Virus record (IMG/VR): IMGVR_UViG_3300029641_000003
Source: a virus
Lineage: Duplodnaviria > Heunggongvirae > Uroviricota > Caudoviricetes
Strand: one strand, 5' to 3'
DNA length: 64,000 bases
The notes beneath the pieces were generated by a model. That model saw only the letters and a program-made list of their open reading frames with translations. It did not search any database and was not told where the DNA came from. A program made the translations under genes and the position numbers. Positions 27,033 to 36,413 of the stretch are shown in pieces (positions within the stretch are counted from its first letter, which is position 1; every line of letters starts with the position of its first letter).

Positions 27033-27434
27033 ATGGCTAAATTTCGGAGAACTATTATTTTTCTGGCAATGTTATCTGCCTGCCATTTATCACATGCATC
27101 GGTTATTGTTGCAACCGCCGCAACAACGGCAGCAATTAGCGCCTCAGCCGCAAGCGAGCAGGAGCAACGCACTGCAATCAATGCATCCGCAAATACTACC
27201 ACTGTAGCAGTCACGCAAGATAAGCCAAATATAGGCTTTGTTACTTGCGGAAAACGGTATGGAGAGACGGTCGGTTCTCTTGGTTGCGCAGTGTGGCATG
27301 ACGAACGAGCAGAAATTCCGTGGAAATCATGGCCTGGTTACATTCTTGGCGAAAAGATACCCACCAGCTATGAAGTAAATGCTATTTCGTTCGATCAATA
27401 TAACAGAGTCGCAACGGTCTACTTTTCTTATTAA
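27033..27434 (+). CDS. secreted hypothetical protein
   Basis: MAKFRRTIIFLAMLSACHLSHA signal peptide. Confidence 0.45.
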   Translation: MAKFRRTIIFLAMLSACHLSHASVIVATAATTAAISASAASEQEQRTAINASANTTTVAVTQDKPNIGFVTCGKRYGETVGSLGCAVWHDERAEIPWKSWPGYILGEKIPTSYEVNAISFDQYNRVATVYFSY

Positions 27435-27440
27435 CACGGA

Positions 27441-27740
27441 GTGATTATGTGGCGCGGTAATAATCATGGCAGAAGCCATATGATACTTACCGAATATAAG
27501 CTAGACCACAAAACCAATAAATCGCGCTCAGTATATTTGCTCCGGCACAATAGCCGCGTAAGGAATACCGTGCTGGAGCAAAATCTGACCGTTGAAATGG
27601 ATAATTTCGGGAATTTCAAGCCAACAATATCGCTTGATGATTTCCCTCGTGGTTTAAGCGAAAGAGAAGCAATGCTGAAGTTAGCAGAATGGCTACAAAG
27701 ATTGAGCATTGTTATTGAAGATAACTGGAGTCAACCATAA
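27441..27740 (+). CDS. hypothetical protein (99 aa)
   Basis: ATG ORF, stop overlaps next start (TAATG). Confidence 0.4.
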   Translation: MIMWRGNNHGRSHMILTEYKLDHKTNKSRSVYLLRHNSRVRNTVLEQNLTVEMDNFGNFKPTISLDDFPRGLSEREAMLKLAEWLQRLSIVIEDNWSQP

Positions 27741-27916
27741 TGAAAAACAGAAAGAAATTTTGGATTACTTTTTTGTTTGTATGCCTTTGCGGTTTATTTG
27801 TTTTATTAGCTGGTGGTGTTAAATGGGGTACGGTGGGGTGTGGTTTTTGGAGTGGGCTTACTCTTTTCGCAGCTTGGCTTATCGCCAACTTTGAGTCAGG
27901 CGGAGGGTATTGGTAA
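27740..27916 (+). CDS. small membrane protein (58 aa)
   Basis: MKNRKKFWITFLFVCLCGLFVLLAGG with two predicted transmembrane helices; below ORF-track cutoff. Confidence 0.3.
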   Translation: MKNRKKFWITFLFVCLCGLFVLLAGGVKWGTVGCGFWSGLTLFAAWLIANFESGGGYW

Positions 27917-27995
27917 GTGGTCTTATTCCCCACTTCATAACGGATATCACGCTCGTGATAACGGATATTCCAATTTTGATAACGGATAAGGCCAA

Positions 27996-28205
27996 ATGAA
28001 GCATTTTTTAAGGTTGGCATTTGTTCTGGCGCTATTTGCTCCTCAGGCTGCAATGGCTGGAGAACAGCAACATTGCACAAAAGAGAATGAACACCCTTTC
28101 ATCGTTATTCAATGTGATGACGGAACGGTGACAGTGGTTAATGTAAGAAATGACCGTGTAGCTGTATGCCGTAAAGGCGAACCATGCAAGGAAATAAAAC
28201 TATGA
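27996..28205 (+). CDS. small secreted Cys-containing protein
   Basis: MKHFLRLAFVLALFAPQAAMA signal peptide, four Cys in mature part. Confidence 0.45.
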   Translation: MKHFLRLAFVLALFAPQAAMAGEQQHCTKENEHPFIVIQCDDGTVTVVNVRNDRVAVCRKGEPCKEIKL

Positions 28206-28999
28206 CTAAAATCACTAAATTCCGCATATCAGAGATTATTGCACGCATCGAAATGTATGGACACGGCGCTGGATACACGGCAGATGAGGTATTGGAGCTT
28301 GCCCAAATAGCGTTAGCAACCTGCAAAGACGGTGAGAGTATAAAGCTGATTGACTTGTTGGTGCAGGAGCTGCCAAAGCGTGGAGGGTGGCCTGATGATA
28401 TGCTCGATTGTCGCATGGTTAGAGAGGACTGCTGTGAACCATCATATGGTTTCTTTGCTTTTGGCTCTGATCCAGCGAAAAGCCCGTGTGGGCGCAATTT
28501 TTGCCTTGAGGTCAGGCTTCCGATAAGTAACCTTTATCGCGAGGAATACACGGAAATAATTTCGCGCAAACAATACGAAGAGGCTCTTGAAGCATCCAAT
28601 AAGTTAAATTTTGAGCAATGGCTGGGGCAACAACACGAAAAAATCGACCTGGACTGCGGTTGTGTGTCTACTGAAACATTCATGCACTGGCTGCGGGTAG
28701 CCTATGAATCTGGCAACCGTCTGGATACTCATCCACAAGAGGTGCCGAAGCCAAGAGTAAGCACAACTCTGGAAAGGAGCTATCTTGAAACTGCATTAAA
28801 GATTAAGGCAGGCCATACGCTAGGCGTCATTGATGCCATGTTGGTTCATGAAATGGCGAAGGCTTTACTACCAGAAATTCCCGCGAATACGCCTACGCAA
28901 GTATTGGCGCTAATGAACAAACACAATCTGCCCAGGGAAGCATTCTGGTGCTTTGATCATGAACAGTGGAGATACTCATGCTATGAATGCCGGTATTAA
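28202..28999 (+). CDS. hypothetical protein
   Basis: Start MTKITKF overlaps previous stop (ATGA); last gene of the plus-strand accessory operon. Confidence 0.45.
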   Translation: MTKITKFRISEIIARIEMYGHGAGYTADEVLELAQIALATCKDGESIKLIDLLVQELPKRGGWPDDMLDCRMVREDCCEPSYGFFAFGSDPAKSPCGRNFCLEVRLPISNLYREEYTEIISRKQYEEALEASNKLNFEQWLGQQHEKIDLDCGCVSTETFMHWLRVAYESGNRLDTHPQEVPKPRVSTTLERSYLETALKIKAGHTLGVIDAMLVHEMAKALLPEIPANTPTQVLALMNKHNLPREAFWCFDHEQWRYSCYECRY

Positions 29000-29055
29000 T
29001 GATGACTGGTGATCTTGTAGTTCTGGCTACCCGCAGTACCCCTGGTTACTACAAA

Positions 29056-29406
29056 TCATTGTAGTGGGTGGCATTTAACGAAATCGATCACCCTATTCTG
29101 AACTTCGGAAAGAAGGTCTTTTTCACGCGCCAGGACGTCAGGATATTGACGTTCTGGCCTTACCAGATGCCGGAGCTTCCCATTAAGCAGAATGGCCTCA
29201 GAAAACACTTTTACGCTGTGCTTTATCCCCTCTGTTTCACTTTTCAGCGTCAAAATAAAGCGCAATTGCTTATTAGCCTGATTCAGATTCAATACACGAA
29301 TTTGCAGTTCGTCTATGCTGTTTCGCAATGGGATTGATGCCACCACACTGGTGCAGTCTCTGATTGTCTGAATTGAACGGCTAACATTGAGAACGTTATT
29401 GTGCAT
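29056..29406 (-). CDS. hypothetical protein, paralog of lxr-like gene
   Basis: Shares N..RS.QTIR...VV.S.P and F.VTxKS pattern with 29715-30065. Confidence 0.4.
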   Translation of the reverse strand: MHNNVLNVSRSIQTIRDCTSVVASIPLRNSIDELQIRVLNLNQANKQLRFILTLKSETEGIKHSVKVFSEAILLNGKLRHLVRPERQYPDVLAREKDLLSEVQNRVIDFVKCHPLQ

Positions 29407-29438
29407 GTGCCTGATCCACTAACTCCGGGAGGTTTCTT

Positions 29439-29690
29439 GTGTCAGATCGAAATATAGCAGCTAAAAGCCAGGAAGAGCGAGACAATGTGAACGTAGACCT
29501 TGCCGCCAGCGGCGTTGCTTACAAAGAACGGCTGAATATACCTGTGATTGCAGAGCAGGTGGCCCGTGAGCAACCGGAAAACCTGCGCGCCTATTTCATG
29601 GAACGGCTACGGCACTACCGGCAGTTAAGTCTCCAGTTGCCAAAAGGGAGCGATCCGGTGTATCAGAACGAGGATGCGCAAAAAAAATAA
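29439..29690 (+). CDS. hot: Hot, homolog of DNA polymerase III theta subunit
   Basis: [41 protein letters not shown] closely matches recalled HolE; GTG start after GGAGG. Confidence 0.75.
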   Translation: MSDRNIAAKSQEERDNVNVDLAASGVAYKERLNIPVIAEQVAREQPENLRAYFMERLRHYRQLSLQLPKGSDPVYQNEDAQKK

Positions 29691-29714
29691 CGGCAAGATG
29701 GGGGAGACTTAAAC

Positions 29715-30065
29715 ATGCTTAACTATCACGACAACACGCGTTCTATGCAGACAATCCGCACCAATACAGCGGTGGTCGATAGCTTTCCTGTACATACTCA
29801 AGGCCGTGAAGATACCGTGGAAGTGCGACGCATGTTGTGTCGCCGGTCACCAGGCCACCAGCACTTCATCGTAACGTTTAAAAGCGATGTAGAGCGCGCC
29901 GAGAAAATCTCTAACTCCACATCTCTGGTTAAGCCATTGGCGGAGGTTATTGTGCGCAACAATAAGGCGCGCTTTGTCCTTGAGGAGCATCATTCTGATT
30001 TTAATGAAAAAATCGAGTCAAGCATTTTGCAATATATGAATGGCAAGTTCACGCCACCAATGTGA
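29715..30065 (+). CDS. Lxr-like protein (by position between hot and humD)
   Basis: 116 aa, positional equivalent of P1 lxr; paralog on opposite strand at 29056-29406. Confidence 0.4.
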   Translation: MLNYHDNTRSMQTIRTNTAVVDSFPVHTQGREDTVEVRRMLCRRSPGHQHFIVTFKSDVERAEKISNSTSLVKPLAEVIVRNNKARFVLEEHHSDFNEKIESSILQYMNGKFTPPM

Positions 30066-30126
30066 TTAGCCCCCAGCGTGGCGCGCGTACAAACCCCGCT
30101 TTCACAAACTATGCCTTTTCAATGTA

Positions 30127-30146
30127 TACTGTATAAATAAACAGCA
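30127..30146. promoter_or_regulatory. LexA box upstream of humD
   Basis: TACTGTATAAATAAACAGCA fits CTGT-N8-ACAG SOS box consensus, 19 bp before humD start. Confidence 0.7.
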
Positions 30147-30164
30147 TCATTGAGGTAAAACGCT

Positions 30165-30554
30165 ATGGGCTTCCCTTCTCCTGCGGCGGATTATGCAGAG
30201 AGCCGTATTTCTCTTGATCAGCAACTAATCAGACATCCTTCTGCGACCTACTTCATGCGAGCGGCAGACAGTCATCACCGTGAGGGAATATTGCAAGGTG
30301 CTTTGCTGGTGGTTGATTCCTCACTTACTCCGGTTGATGGTTCACTGCTTATATGCGCTATGGAGGGTGAATATCGCATAAAGAGATACAGGAAGTATCC
30401 GCGCCAGCACCTGGAGGATTTAAGCACCGGGAAGAAAGAGGCGCTACCAGTGGATGACGATGGATACACGGGCAGTAATGCTGTTTTTGGTGTGATCACT
30501 CATGTCATCAATGATGCCCGAAGTGGGGAGTTTGATGATTGTCCGGTCATTTAA
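30165..30554 (+). CDS. humD: HumD, UmuD'-like protein
   Basis: FPSPAADYAESRISLDQQLIRHPSATYFMRA and downstream segments match recalled UmuD. Confidence 0.8.
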   Translation: MGFPSPAADYAESRISLDQQLIRHPSATYFMRAADSHHREGILQGALLVVDSSLTPVDGSLLICAMEGEYRIKRYRKYPRQHLEDLSTGKKEALPVDDDGYTGSNAVFGVITHVINDARSGEFDDCPVI

Positions 30555-30588
30555 GCTGCAAAGTGCTGGTGCTTTATGCCTGTGAAGT

Positions 30589-30617
30589 TTATAATTGTGT
30601 ACACATAACGAGTACAC
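30589..30617. promoter_or_regulatory. phd-doc promoter with palindromic Phd operator sites
   Basis: TATAAT at 30589-30594 followed by TGTGTACACA and GAGTACAC palindromes immediately upstream of phd. Confidence 0.55.
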
Positions 30618-30626
30618 GAGGTGTTT

Positions 30627-30848
30627 ATGCAATCCATTAACTTCCGTACCGCGCGTGGCAACCTTTCTGAAGTGCTCAACAATGTTGAAGCCGGGGAAGA
30701 GGTTGAAATCACCCGCAGAGGCCGTGAGCCAGCAGTAATTGTCAGCAAGGCTACTTTCGAAGCCTACAAAAAAGCGGCGCTGGATGCTGAATTTGCATCC
30801 CTGTTTGACACCCTGGACTCCACCAACAAGGAACTGGTTAACCGATAA
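30627..30848 (+). CDS. phd: Phd antitoxin
   Basis: [73 protein letters not shown] matches P1 Phd as recalled. Confidence 0.9.
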   Translation: MQSINFRTARGNLSEVLNNVEAGEEVEITRRGREPAVIVSKATFEAYKKAALDAEFASLFDTLDSTNKELVNR

Positions 30849-31228
30849 TGAGGCATATATCACCGGAAGAACTTATTGCGCTTCATGATGCGAATATAAA
30901 CCGCTACGGCGGCCTGCCGGGAATGTCTGATCCGGGCAGGGCAGAGGCCATTATCGGGAGAGTCCAGGCCAGAGTTGTGTACGAAGAGATCACCGACCTT
31001 TTCGAAGTCTCCGCCACCTACCTGGTGGCAACGGCGAGAGGGCATATATTCAATGATGCCAATAAGCGTACCGCGCTAAACAGTGCGCTGCTATTTCTAC
31101 GCCGTAACGGTATACAGGTATATGATTCTCCCGTGCTGGTGGAACTTGCGGTGGGGGCTGCAACTGGTGAAATCCCCGTATCTTCAGTAGCGGAAAAACT
31201 ACGTGAACTATATGGTTCCAATATTTGA
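30848..31228 (+). CDS. doc: Doc toxin (Fic-fold kinase)
   Basis: 126 aa, start overlaps phd stop; [19 protein letters not shown]ic-like motif. Confidence 0.9.
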   Translation: MRHISPEELIALHDANINRYGGLPGMSDPGRAEAIIGRVQARVVYEEITDLFEVSATYLVATARGHIFNDANKRTALNSALLFLRRNGIQVYDSPVLVELAVGAATGEIPVSSVAEKLRELYGSNI

Positions 31229-31257
31229 AAAGAAGCCCGCTCAACCAGGCGGGCTTC
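31227..31257. terminator. hairpin terminator between convergent doc and terminase-paralog operon
   Basis: GAAGCCCGC-TCAACCAG-GCGGGCTTC, A-run on plus side gives U-run for minus-strand transcripts. Confidence 0.45.
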
Positions 31258-31263
31258 CTACTA

Positions 31264-32370
31264 TCACTCAATGATTTTTTCTGCTGTCAGCCAGCTAATT
31301 TCTTGCCTGTCTTTCGGCGGTTTTAGCATGTGGGCGTATTCAGCGACATTCTCCCACGGAATTGTTTTTGCCCACTCAACGATAGCATTGTGATCTGCAG
31401 TGAAGAGTGGAATGGTGTGCGATTTCAACCACTCTAATGTTGTAACGCCATGTTTTTTGGCGTGGTGCTGTGCATGATGCCGGGCTATCACTAGTAATGG
31501 CATTGTCCATTCACTACCATCATGCATCGTAAAGCGCATTGTTTTCGGCATATCTGATTCAAGAACAGCCTCCCGAATACCCGGGAACTCACCAAGAACC
31601 ATGCGACGGTAATCATCGCCGCTTTTACCACCATACATTTCTGCGATCCCATCAAGATAATCTTGAGTAAGCAGAGGTGATTCTTCTGCGTTCAGCTTGA
31701 TGGCAGTATAAATACCACATGGATTTTCTTCAGTTTTTGCACGACCATGATGGGAATCGTAAAAGTGTCCATGTTCCTCCTCTGGAGGAGCAGACGTCAA
31801 AAGTATACGTGAGTCGCCACTAACTAAAGATGCTCTTAACATCCCGAATAGCCGATAGCTTACCAGAGCCGCGTCCATAACAATGATCAAAAGATGTTCA
31901 GCATAATATCCGGCTACATCTTCCTCATAATTTAGGCGATATGGTTTAATTTCGCAGCCCCAAGATTTTTGGTAACGATGATTGAGGCCATTTTGGTCGA
32001 TTTGAAAATACTCTCCCAGTAATGGCGCTTTTGTATTAGCTTTCTCCCAATACATATTCATGAGTGAGAGAGTTACCATTCCATTACGCTCAAAGTCTGG
32101 AGCGACCATGACCGTTTTAGACTCAGGCATCAGGATCGTATAAAGGATACAAATGATAGCCATAGCAGACTTATGCCCTATCCCAGTCGGTGTGGTAACG
32201 CTGACTGCTGAACCTTTTTGTTGAATCGCCTCAACAATTAATTTTTGCTGGTGGGTTAACTTAACCCCCATCAACTCTTCTGCTGCTAATGCCCAGTCAT
32301 GGCTATATTTGCTTACCAGCTCTCTCCACTCTGGTAATTCGGTGATGTTTTTAGGCGTCAGCATCAGCAT
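31264..32370 (-). CDS. terminase large-subunit ATPase-domain paralog lacking nuclease domain
   Basis: Aligns by eye with N-terminal half of PacB (37719-39227): SVTTPTGIGHKS vs TVTSGHGTGKSS, LLTSAPPEEEHGHFYDSHHGRAKTEENP vs [27 protein letters not shown]; only 368 aa. Confidence 0.5.
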   Translation of the reverse strand: MLMLTPKNITELPEWRELVSKYSHDWALAAEELMGVKLTHQQKLIVEAIQQKGSAVSVTTPTGIGHKSAMAIICILYTILMPESKTVMVAPDFERNGMVTLSLMNMYWEKANTKAPLLGEYFQIDQNGLNHRYQKSWGCEIKPYRLNYEEDVAGYYAEHLLIIVMDAALVSYRLFGMLRASLVSGDSRILLTSAPPEEEHGHFYDSHHGRAKTEENPCGIYTAIKLNAEESPLLTQDYLDGIAEMYGGKSGDDYRRMVLGEFPGIREAVLESDMPKTMRFTMHDGSEWTMPLLVIARHHAQHHAKKHGVTTLEWLKSHTIPLFTADHNAIVEWAKTIPWENVAEYAHMLKPPKDRQEISWLTAEKIIE

Positions 32371-33157
32371 CCTCCGCTACCTCTGCTTCCACATCTGCCG
32401 CGACTTCATCGGACTGTTCTTCTTTGGCCTGTTCTGCAATCGCCGCACGGCATTTCGCCCTGGCTGTAGCGATAGCCTCAACTTTCACGTCATTAGGAAT
32501 ACTTGAGGTGACATACATATCCAGTTCTTCAGCACGGAATACTGTTTTGCCCAGGAATTCATCAAGCATCCAGGTTAAGGAAAAGTCGCAGGAAATCAGG
32601 TCTACTTCGCCTTCCGCGCCGTTTGGGAAATGGATAAATATCTGTTTGCCCAGGCCAAGCACGCGACAAGCAGCCATCATTACTGCAAGTTCCAGGTCTT
32701 TGTTTTCACCTGCTACTGGTTGATCCACACCAGTAATAGTGCCGTTCAAATGGATATTATATGGCTGATATTTAGAGATACGTTCTACACGCCATGTGCC
32801 GGTTAAGGTTCCCTGGCGGAAGATTATTGGCGTGACCGAAAGCGACAGCTCTCGAATGAGTTGTTGCGCTATGGCTGGGTCATACAGCGGATCTAACGCG
32901 ATGCATCCATAAGACTGCGCCAGTTCAAACAATTCTTCCTGTGTGCACTGAATGCCTCTTGCCGTAATAAAACGTCTGACTCCCGTTTTCCCATCACGCC
33001 AGATAGCAATGCCATTCTCACTATCTAACTCTTCGTCTAAGCCCAGGTATGTAAGGATGGTTCGCTCAATGGTGGCAAAGGGCAGGGACATATCATCGTT
33101 TACATCCACCAGCAGGCCATTACGCAGGCGATATTGAATGTTTTTGGTATTTTCCAC
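32351..33157 (-). CDS. hypothetical protein with acidic C-terminal tail
   Basis: 268 aa; overlaps next gene by 20 nt. Confidence 0.4.
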   Translation of the reverse strand: MENTKNIQYRLRNGLLVDVNDDMSLPFATIERTILTYLGLDEELDSENGIAIWRDGKTGVRRFITARGIQCTQEELFELAQSYGCIALDPLYDPAIAQQLIRELSLSVTPIIFRQGTLTGTWRVERISKYQPYNIHLNGTITGVDQPVAGENKDLELAVMMAACRVLGLGKQIFIHFPNGAEGEVDLISCDFSLTWMLDEFLGKTVFRAEELDMYVTSSIPNDVKVEAIATARAKCRAAIAEQAKEEQSDEVAADVEAEVAEDADADA

Positions 33158-33163
33158 GTTAAA

Positions 33164-33826
33164 TCACTCCACAACAAACCAGTCACAGGCCAGCAGGTCG
33201 CCAACTGAAGGCACCCACGGAACAACTACACCTTGTGCATTTTTTAAGGCGAAATAAGCACCATACGGAACGAGGTCGCCGGGGAAATATCCCTTAATGG
33301 CTTCCATTCGTGCCGGGTACTGTCCTTCAGGAACCAGCCAGCAGAATTGGTTTTCGCCGTTCCACCCACGTCGGGCAACTTTCTTGCCATCCTTCAGCCA
33401 CATCAGCGCGTCAGAAAAGTCGGCTGCTTCAAGGTCGATTTCTTCTTGTAGAGTAACGATACCGCCAGCAGAAATAGTTACGTCCCTGGCTGTAATGAAT
33501 GTCACCCCATTGTGACCTTCAATGCTGAGCGATACCCCATTTTCGGAGGCGTCGTTAACCCGGCTATAGCATTTTTCAAATGCTTTCTCTGGCACATAGA
33601 CCAGATAGCCATTTTCAGCAGTGACGAGATATCCTCCTATTTGCGGTCGGAATTTTTCCAAGAACACACCATCAACACGAAGCGTCATTCCTTTTGGCTC
33701 AACGACTTCGATACTGCCAAAAATGGGCGCATAAGCTTCGCCGACAATAACAATATCTTTGATTTTCGATGCCCGAATGATGCTGTGGCATTTGTATTTG
33801 GGGAACACCTGAAAAGTGCTGACCAT
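33164..33826 (-). CDS. two-domain protein with C-terminal DUF2829 (Tad2-like) domain
   Basis: C-terminal ALMWLKDGKKVARRGWNGENQF...VPWVPSVGDLLACDWFVV fits DUF2829 signature as recalled; N-terminal 130 aa unassigned. Confidence 0.5.
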   Translation of the reverse strand: MVSTFQVFPKYKCHSIIRASKIKDIVIVGEAYAPIFGSIEVVEPKGMTLRVDGVFLEKFRPQIGGYLVTAENGYLVYVPEKAFEKCYSRVNDASENGVSLSIEGHNGVTFITARDVTISAGGIVTLQEEIDLEAADFSDALMWLKDGKKVARRGWNGENQFCWLVPEGQYPARMEAIKGYFPGDLVPYGAYFALKNAQGVVVPWVPSVGDLLACDWFVVE

Positions 33827-33840
33827 AATCCTTCCTCTAC

Positions 33841-34335
33841 TTAAAACTTTGCGTACTGAAGCGGTGTACGCTTGATTTCAACGCGGCCTTCCGATGTGCT
33901 ACCAAAGCCACCAGCACCTCGCTCTGTTTCATCGAGTTCATCAACTTCTACCAGCGATACCGGTTCAACACGCTCAAAAATGCCTTGCATGACCGCCATT
34001 CCTGGCTTAAGGCAAACGCCTTCACCACCGGGATCTGTAATCAGTTTTGCCATGATTTCACCGCGATAATCGGAGTCGATAATTCCTACGCAGTTAGCCA
34101 GGCGCGTATGCTTTTTGCAGCCCAATCCGGAACGAGGATAAAGTTTCAGACACCAGCCAGGAGGGATCGCCATAGCGAGGCCGGTATGCACCCACCAGCT
34201 TGAGGAAATAGCGCCGTTGCTATCGATACCCGGCGTTATTTCAACAGCAACAAAATCCATCGCCGCCGATCCGGCGGTGGCGTAAACGGGGAGTTTTGCC
34301 GCCGGATGAAGGCGTTTCACTTTCACGTTAATCAT
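33841..34335 (-). CDS. dut: dUTPase
   Basis: AGSAAMDF, PRSGLG, GIIDSDYRGEI, GGFGSTS motifs of trimeric dUTPase. Confidence 0.85.
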   Translation of the reverse strand: MINVKVKRLHPAAKLPVYATAGSAAMDFVAVEITPGIDSNGAISSSWWVHTGLAMAIPPGWCLKLYPRSGLGCKKHTRLANCVGIIDSDYRGEIMAKLITDPGGEGVCLKPGMAVMQGIFERVEPVSLVEVDELDETERGAGGFGSTSEGRVEIKRTPLQYAKF

Positions 34336-34820
34336 TGCTTTTTAGCTCTCCGGGTAAATGTATAAATCCGGCGTTTGATATGCGGAGCGGTCGGAACGGA
34401 GACGCAGGTATTCTCGATAACACCTTGTTCCTCCAGCGATCGCACAGCACGCAAGAACTGTGATGCATCACCACCGCCAGACAGCCAGAATTTGCGGGCA
34501 TAGACGCTGCCATTACGGATAATTTCTGCGATCACCCGCGCTTGCGTCTGGCTTTCTCGATAGCCAAAGAGTTCTCTTGCCTCTCCTTGTGGGATAGCCA
34601 ACTGATAGCCTTTCCCGCTACGGTGACGAACAAAACCGTGAGCAATGAGGTTCTTCAGCTCATTTCTGGTGCGGATACACCCGTACTCAGGGAACTGTAT
34701 GTTGATATCACCAGGCTTATGCCATTCATCAGGACTATCAGCCAGGAGGGACAGAAGTTTCCCTGACAGCTCAGGATTAGTGGTTGGATAACAGTTCAGG
34801 GATGGGTAGTAAGTTTTCAT
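34332..34820 (-). CDS. hypothetical protein (162 aa)
   Basis: Coupled ORF in operon downstream of cre. Confidence 0.4.
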   Translation of the reverse strand: MKTYYPSLNCYPTTNPELSGKLLSLLADSPDEWHKPGDINIQFPEYGCIRTRNELKNLIAHGFVRHRSGKGYQLAIPQGEARELFGYRESQTQARVIAEIIRNGSVYARKFWLSGGGDASQFLRAVRSLEEQGVIENTCVSVPTAPHIKRRIYTFTRRAKKQ

Positions 34821-35161
34821 TTGCGCCCCCTTGCCGGATAGCGCCCGGCATTCGCATCAGGGGCAATGAAGCCGCTGGTGGGGCGAGTGAAAACATGGTT
34901 AATTTTCTCGGTCATAGCGCGATAATTTTCCTGATAGTGGGCCAGGAGTTTTTCAGCAGCAATGACGGTTACTTTCCGGACGTAGCGTTCAGCTTCCTCC
35001 AGATTTCGCCAGTTTTTTTCGAGGGTAAATACGGGAACGGCATCAAGTCCGGTCATAACACCGAACACCACGACCGCCTGGTCGCGCTTAACGCCCGCAG
35101 TGAAGGTTATGGTGTAACCGTCAACAGTGAAGCGTTTTGATTCCGTAATACGATTGTGCAA
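34817..35161 (-). CDS. hypothetical protein (114 aa)
   Basis: First gene of operon, behind operator half-site at 35219. Confidence 0.4.
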   Translation of the reverse strand: MHNRITESKRFTVDGYTITFTAGVKRDQAVVVFGVMTGLDAVPVFTLEKNWRNLEEAERYVRKVTVIAAEKLLAHYQENYRAMTEKINHVFTRPTSGFIAPDANAGRYPARGRK

Positions 35162-35218
35162 AGTACCCTCCGCAATAGGCGAGGGTACTTTACATTAAAA
35201 TGCACTGTCTAAAAAGAT

Positions 35219-35229
35219 TGTTAGAAAAT
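35219..35229. promoter_or_regulatory. operator half-site TGTTAGAAAAT
   Basis: Exact core motif between cre stop and start of downstream operon. Confidence 0.4.
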
Positions 35230-35233
35230 TAAT

Positions 35234-36262
35234 TTATGAATCCATCAGGCGACTATTTGCACCAACGGATGCCCCGCTACGGCGCAAATATCGCATAAGT
35301 GTTTCGGGCTTTTTCCATGTGCCTTCCTGCATGATCTCGACCATTGACACCTGTTTCTCAGCCATATCAATTGCCGCACCAACACGCGCACTATGGCCTG
35401 TCCACGTCCGGTATCTTCCTTTGTTCGGCGTGGCATCTCGTTTGTTCAGCAACCCCCAGGCATCGCTGAATATTTTCTCCATTGCAGGTGCAGTAAGGGG
35501 CGTTGTCGTGATTCTGGCCTTATTACTGCGGTGTATTGGCGGGAATAGCACCGCGTCCGGATGTTCTCGAAGTCCGGACACCTCCAGCCAGTCGTTCAGT
35601 ACGGCGGTAGTGTAACGAGAAAGCACCTTATCAAGTCCGGCGGCGGTCGTGATGGTCTTCGTGTGTGAAATATGCAGCGTTACAGTGTCACCTGTTTGGT
35701 CCAGATCTCCGACGCGGATGCGCGAGATTTCTGACATACGCATCAGGGTATTGTATGCCACGAAGAGAAACGCCCGATTGCGCAGGTCCACCAGCCGCTC
35801 GGAACGGGACAGCAACACGTCGAGCAATTTCAGATCATCCCACCGCAACGGTATAGCCTGGCCTGTTCGCTCGCCTTTTTCCGTTGCCGCTTCGCGCCGG
35901 ATGCGCCGCATGGCCAGAGACACACTTTTATCGTCCGACAGCGGCGGGAGGCCACATTGCGAAAGCAGCATGTTAAGCATGGCATAGTGCTTATCAATGG
36001 TGGTCGAAGCCAGATCGGCCTCATGCAACTGGAGAAGATACTCGCGGGCCATTTCCGGCGTAATCGGGAACCAGGGGCGCTGGCGCGAGTTACACCACCG
36101 CGCCCAGGAATGAAACACCAGACGGAGATCACGAAGTGTATTTGGGGCATAAGCTCCCTGGTCGTTCATGAACTGCATAAAGTTTTTTGCAGCTTCCTGG
36201 TATTCGGTGCCAATATCGCGCAGAAAACCACCAGAACCGCCGGAGATAACTAGTTCACCCAT
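35234..36262 (-). CDS. cre: Cre-like tyrosine site-specific recombinase
   Basis: 342 aa; aligns by eye with recalled P1 Cre along the length (WFPITPE, NTLMRMSEISRIRVGDL, HSARVGAAIDMA, MQEGTWKKPETLMRYLR) at roughly 40 percent identity. Confidence 0.85.
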   Translation of the reverse strand: MGELVISGGSGGFLRDIGTEYQEAAKNFMQFMNDQGAYAPNTLRDLRLVFHSWARWCNSRQRPWFPITPEMAREYLLQLHEADLASTTIDKHYAMLNMLLSQCGLPPLSDDKSVSLAMRRIRREAATEKGERTGQAIPLRWDDLKLLDVLLSRSERLVDLRNRAFLFVAYNTLMRMSEISRIRVGDLDQTGDTVTLHISHTKTITTAAGLDKVLSRYTTAVLNDWLEVSGLREHPDAVLFPPIHRSNKARITTTPLTAPAMEKIFSDAWGLLNKRDATPNKGRYRTWTGHSARVGAAIDMAEKQVSMVEIMQEGTWKKPETLMRYLRRSGASVGANSRLMDS

Positions 36263-36413
36263 GAAACTATTAAACCTCTATATACAGATAACGCTACGTG
36301 AAAAATAGAAAACTGACAGGGTAGTTATAAGTTAATTTTCAAAATTCAAGCCTTTGATTCGAGGCATGATTTTTCATCCTTGTCAATACTGCCTGTTTAC
36401 TGGTGATTATAGC

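Noticed and set aside
35164-35189. Hairpin GTACCCTC...GAGGGTAC as terminator for cre
   Set aside because: The U-run follows it only on the plus strand where no gene ends; on the minus strand it sits inside the 5' region of the next operon, so its role is unclear
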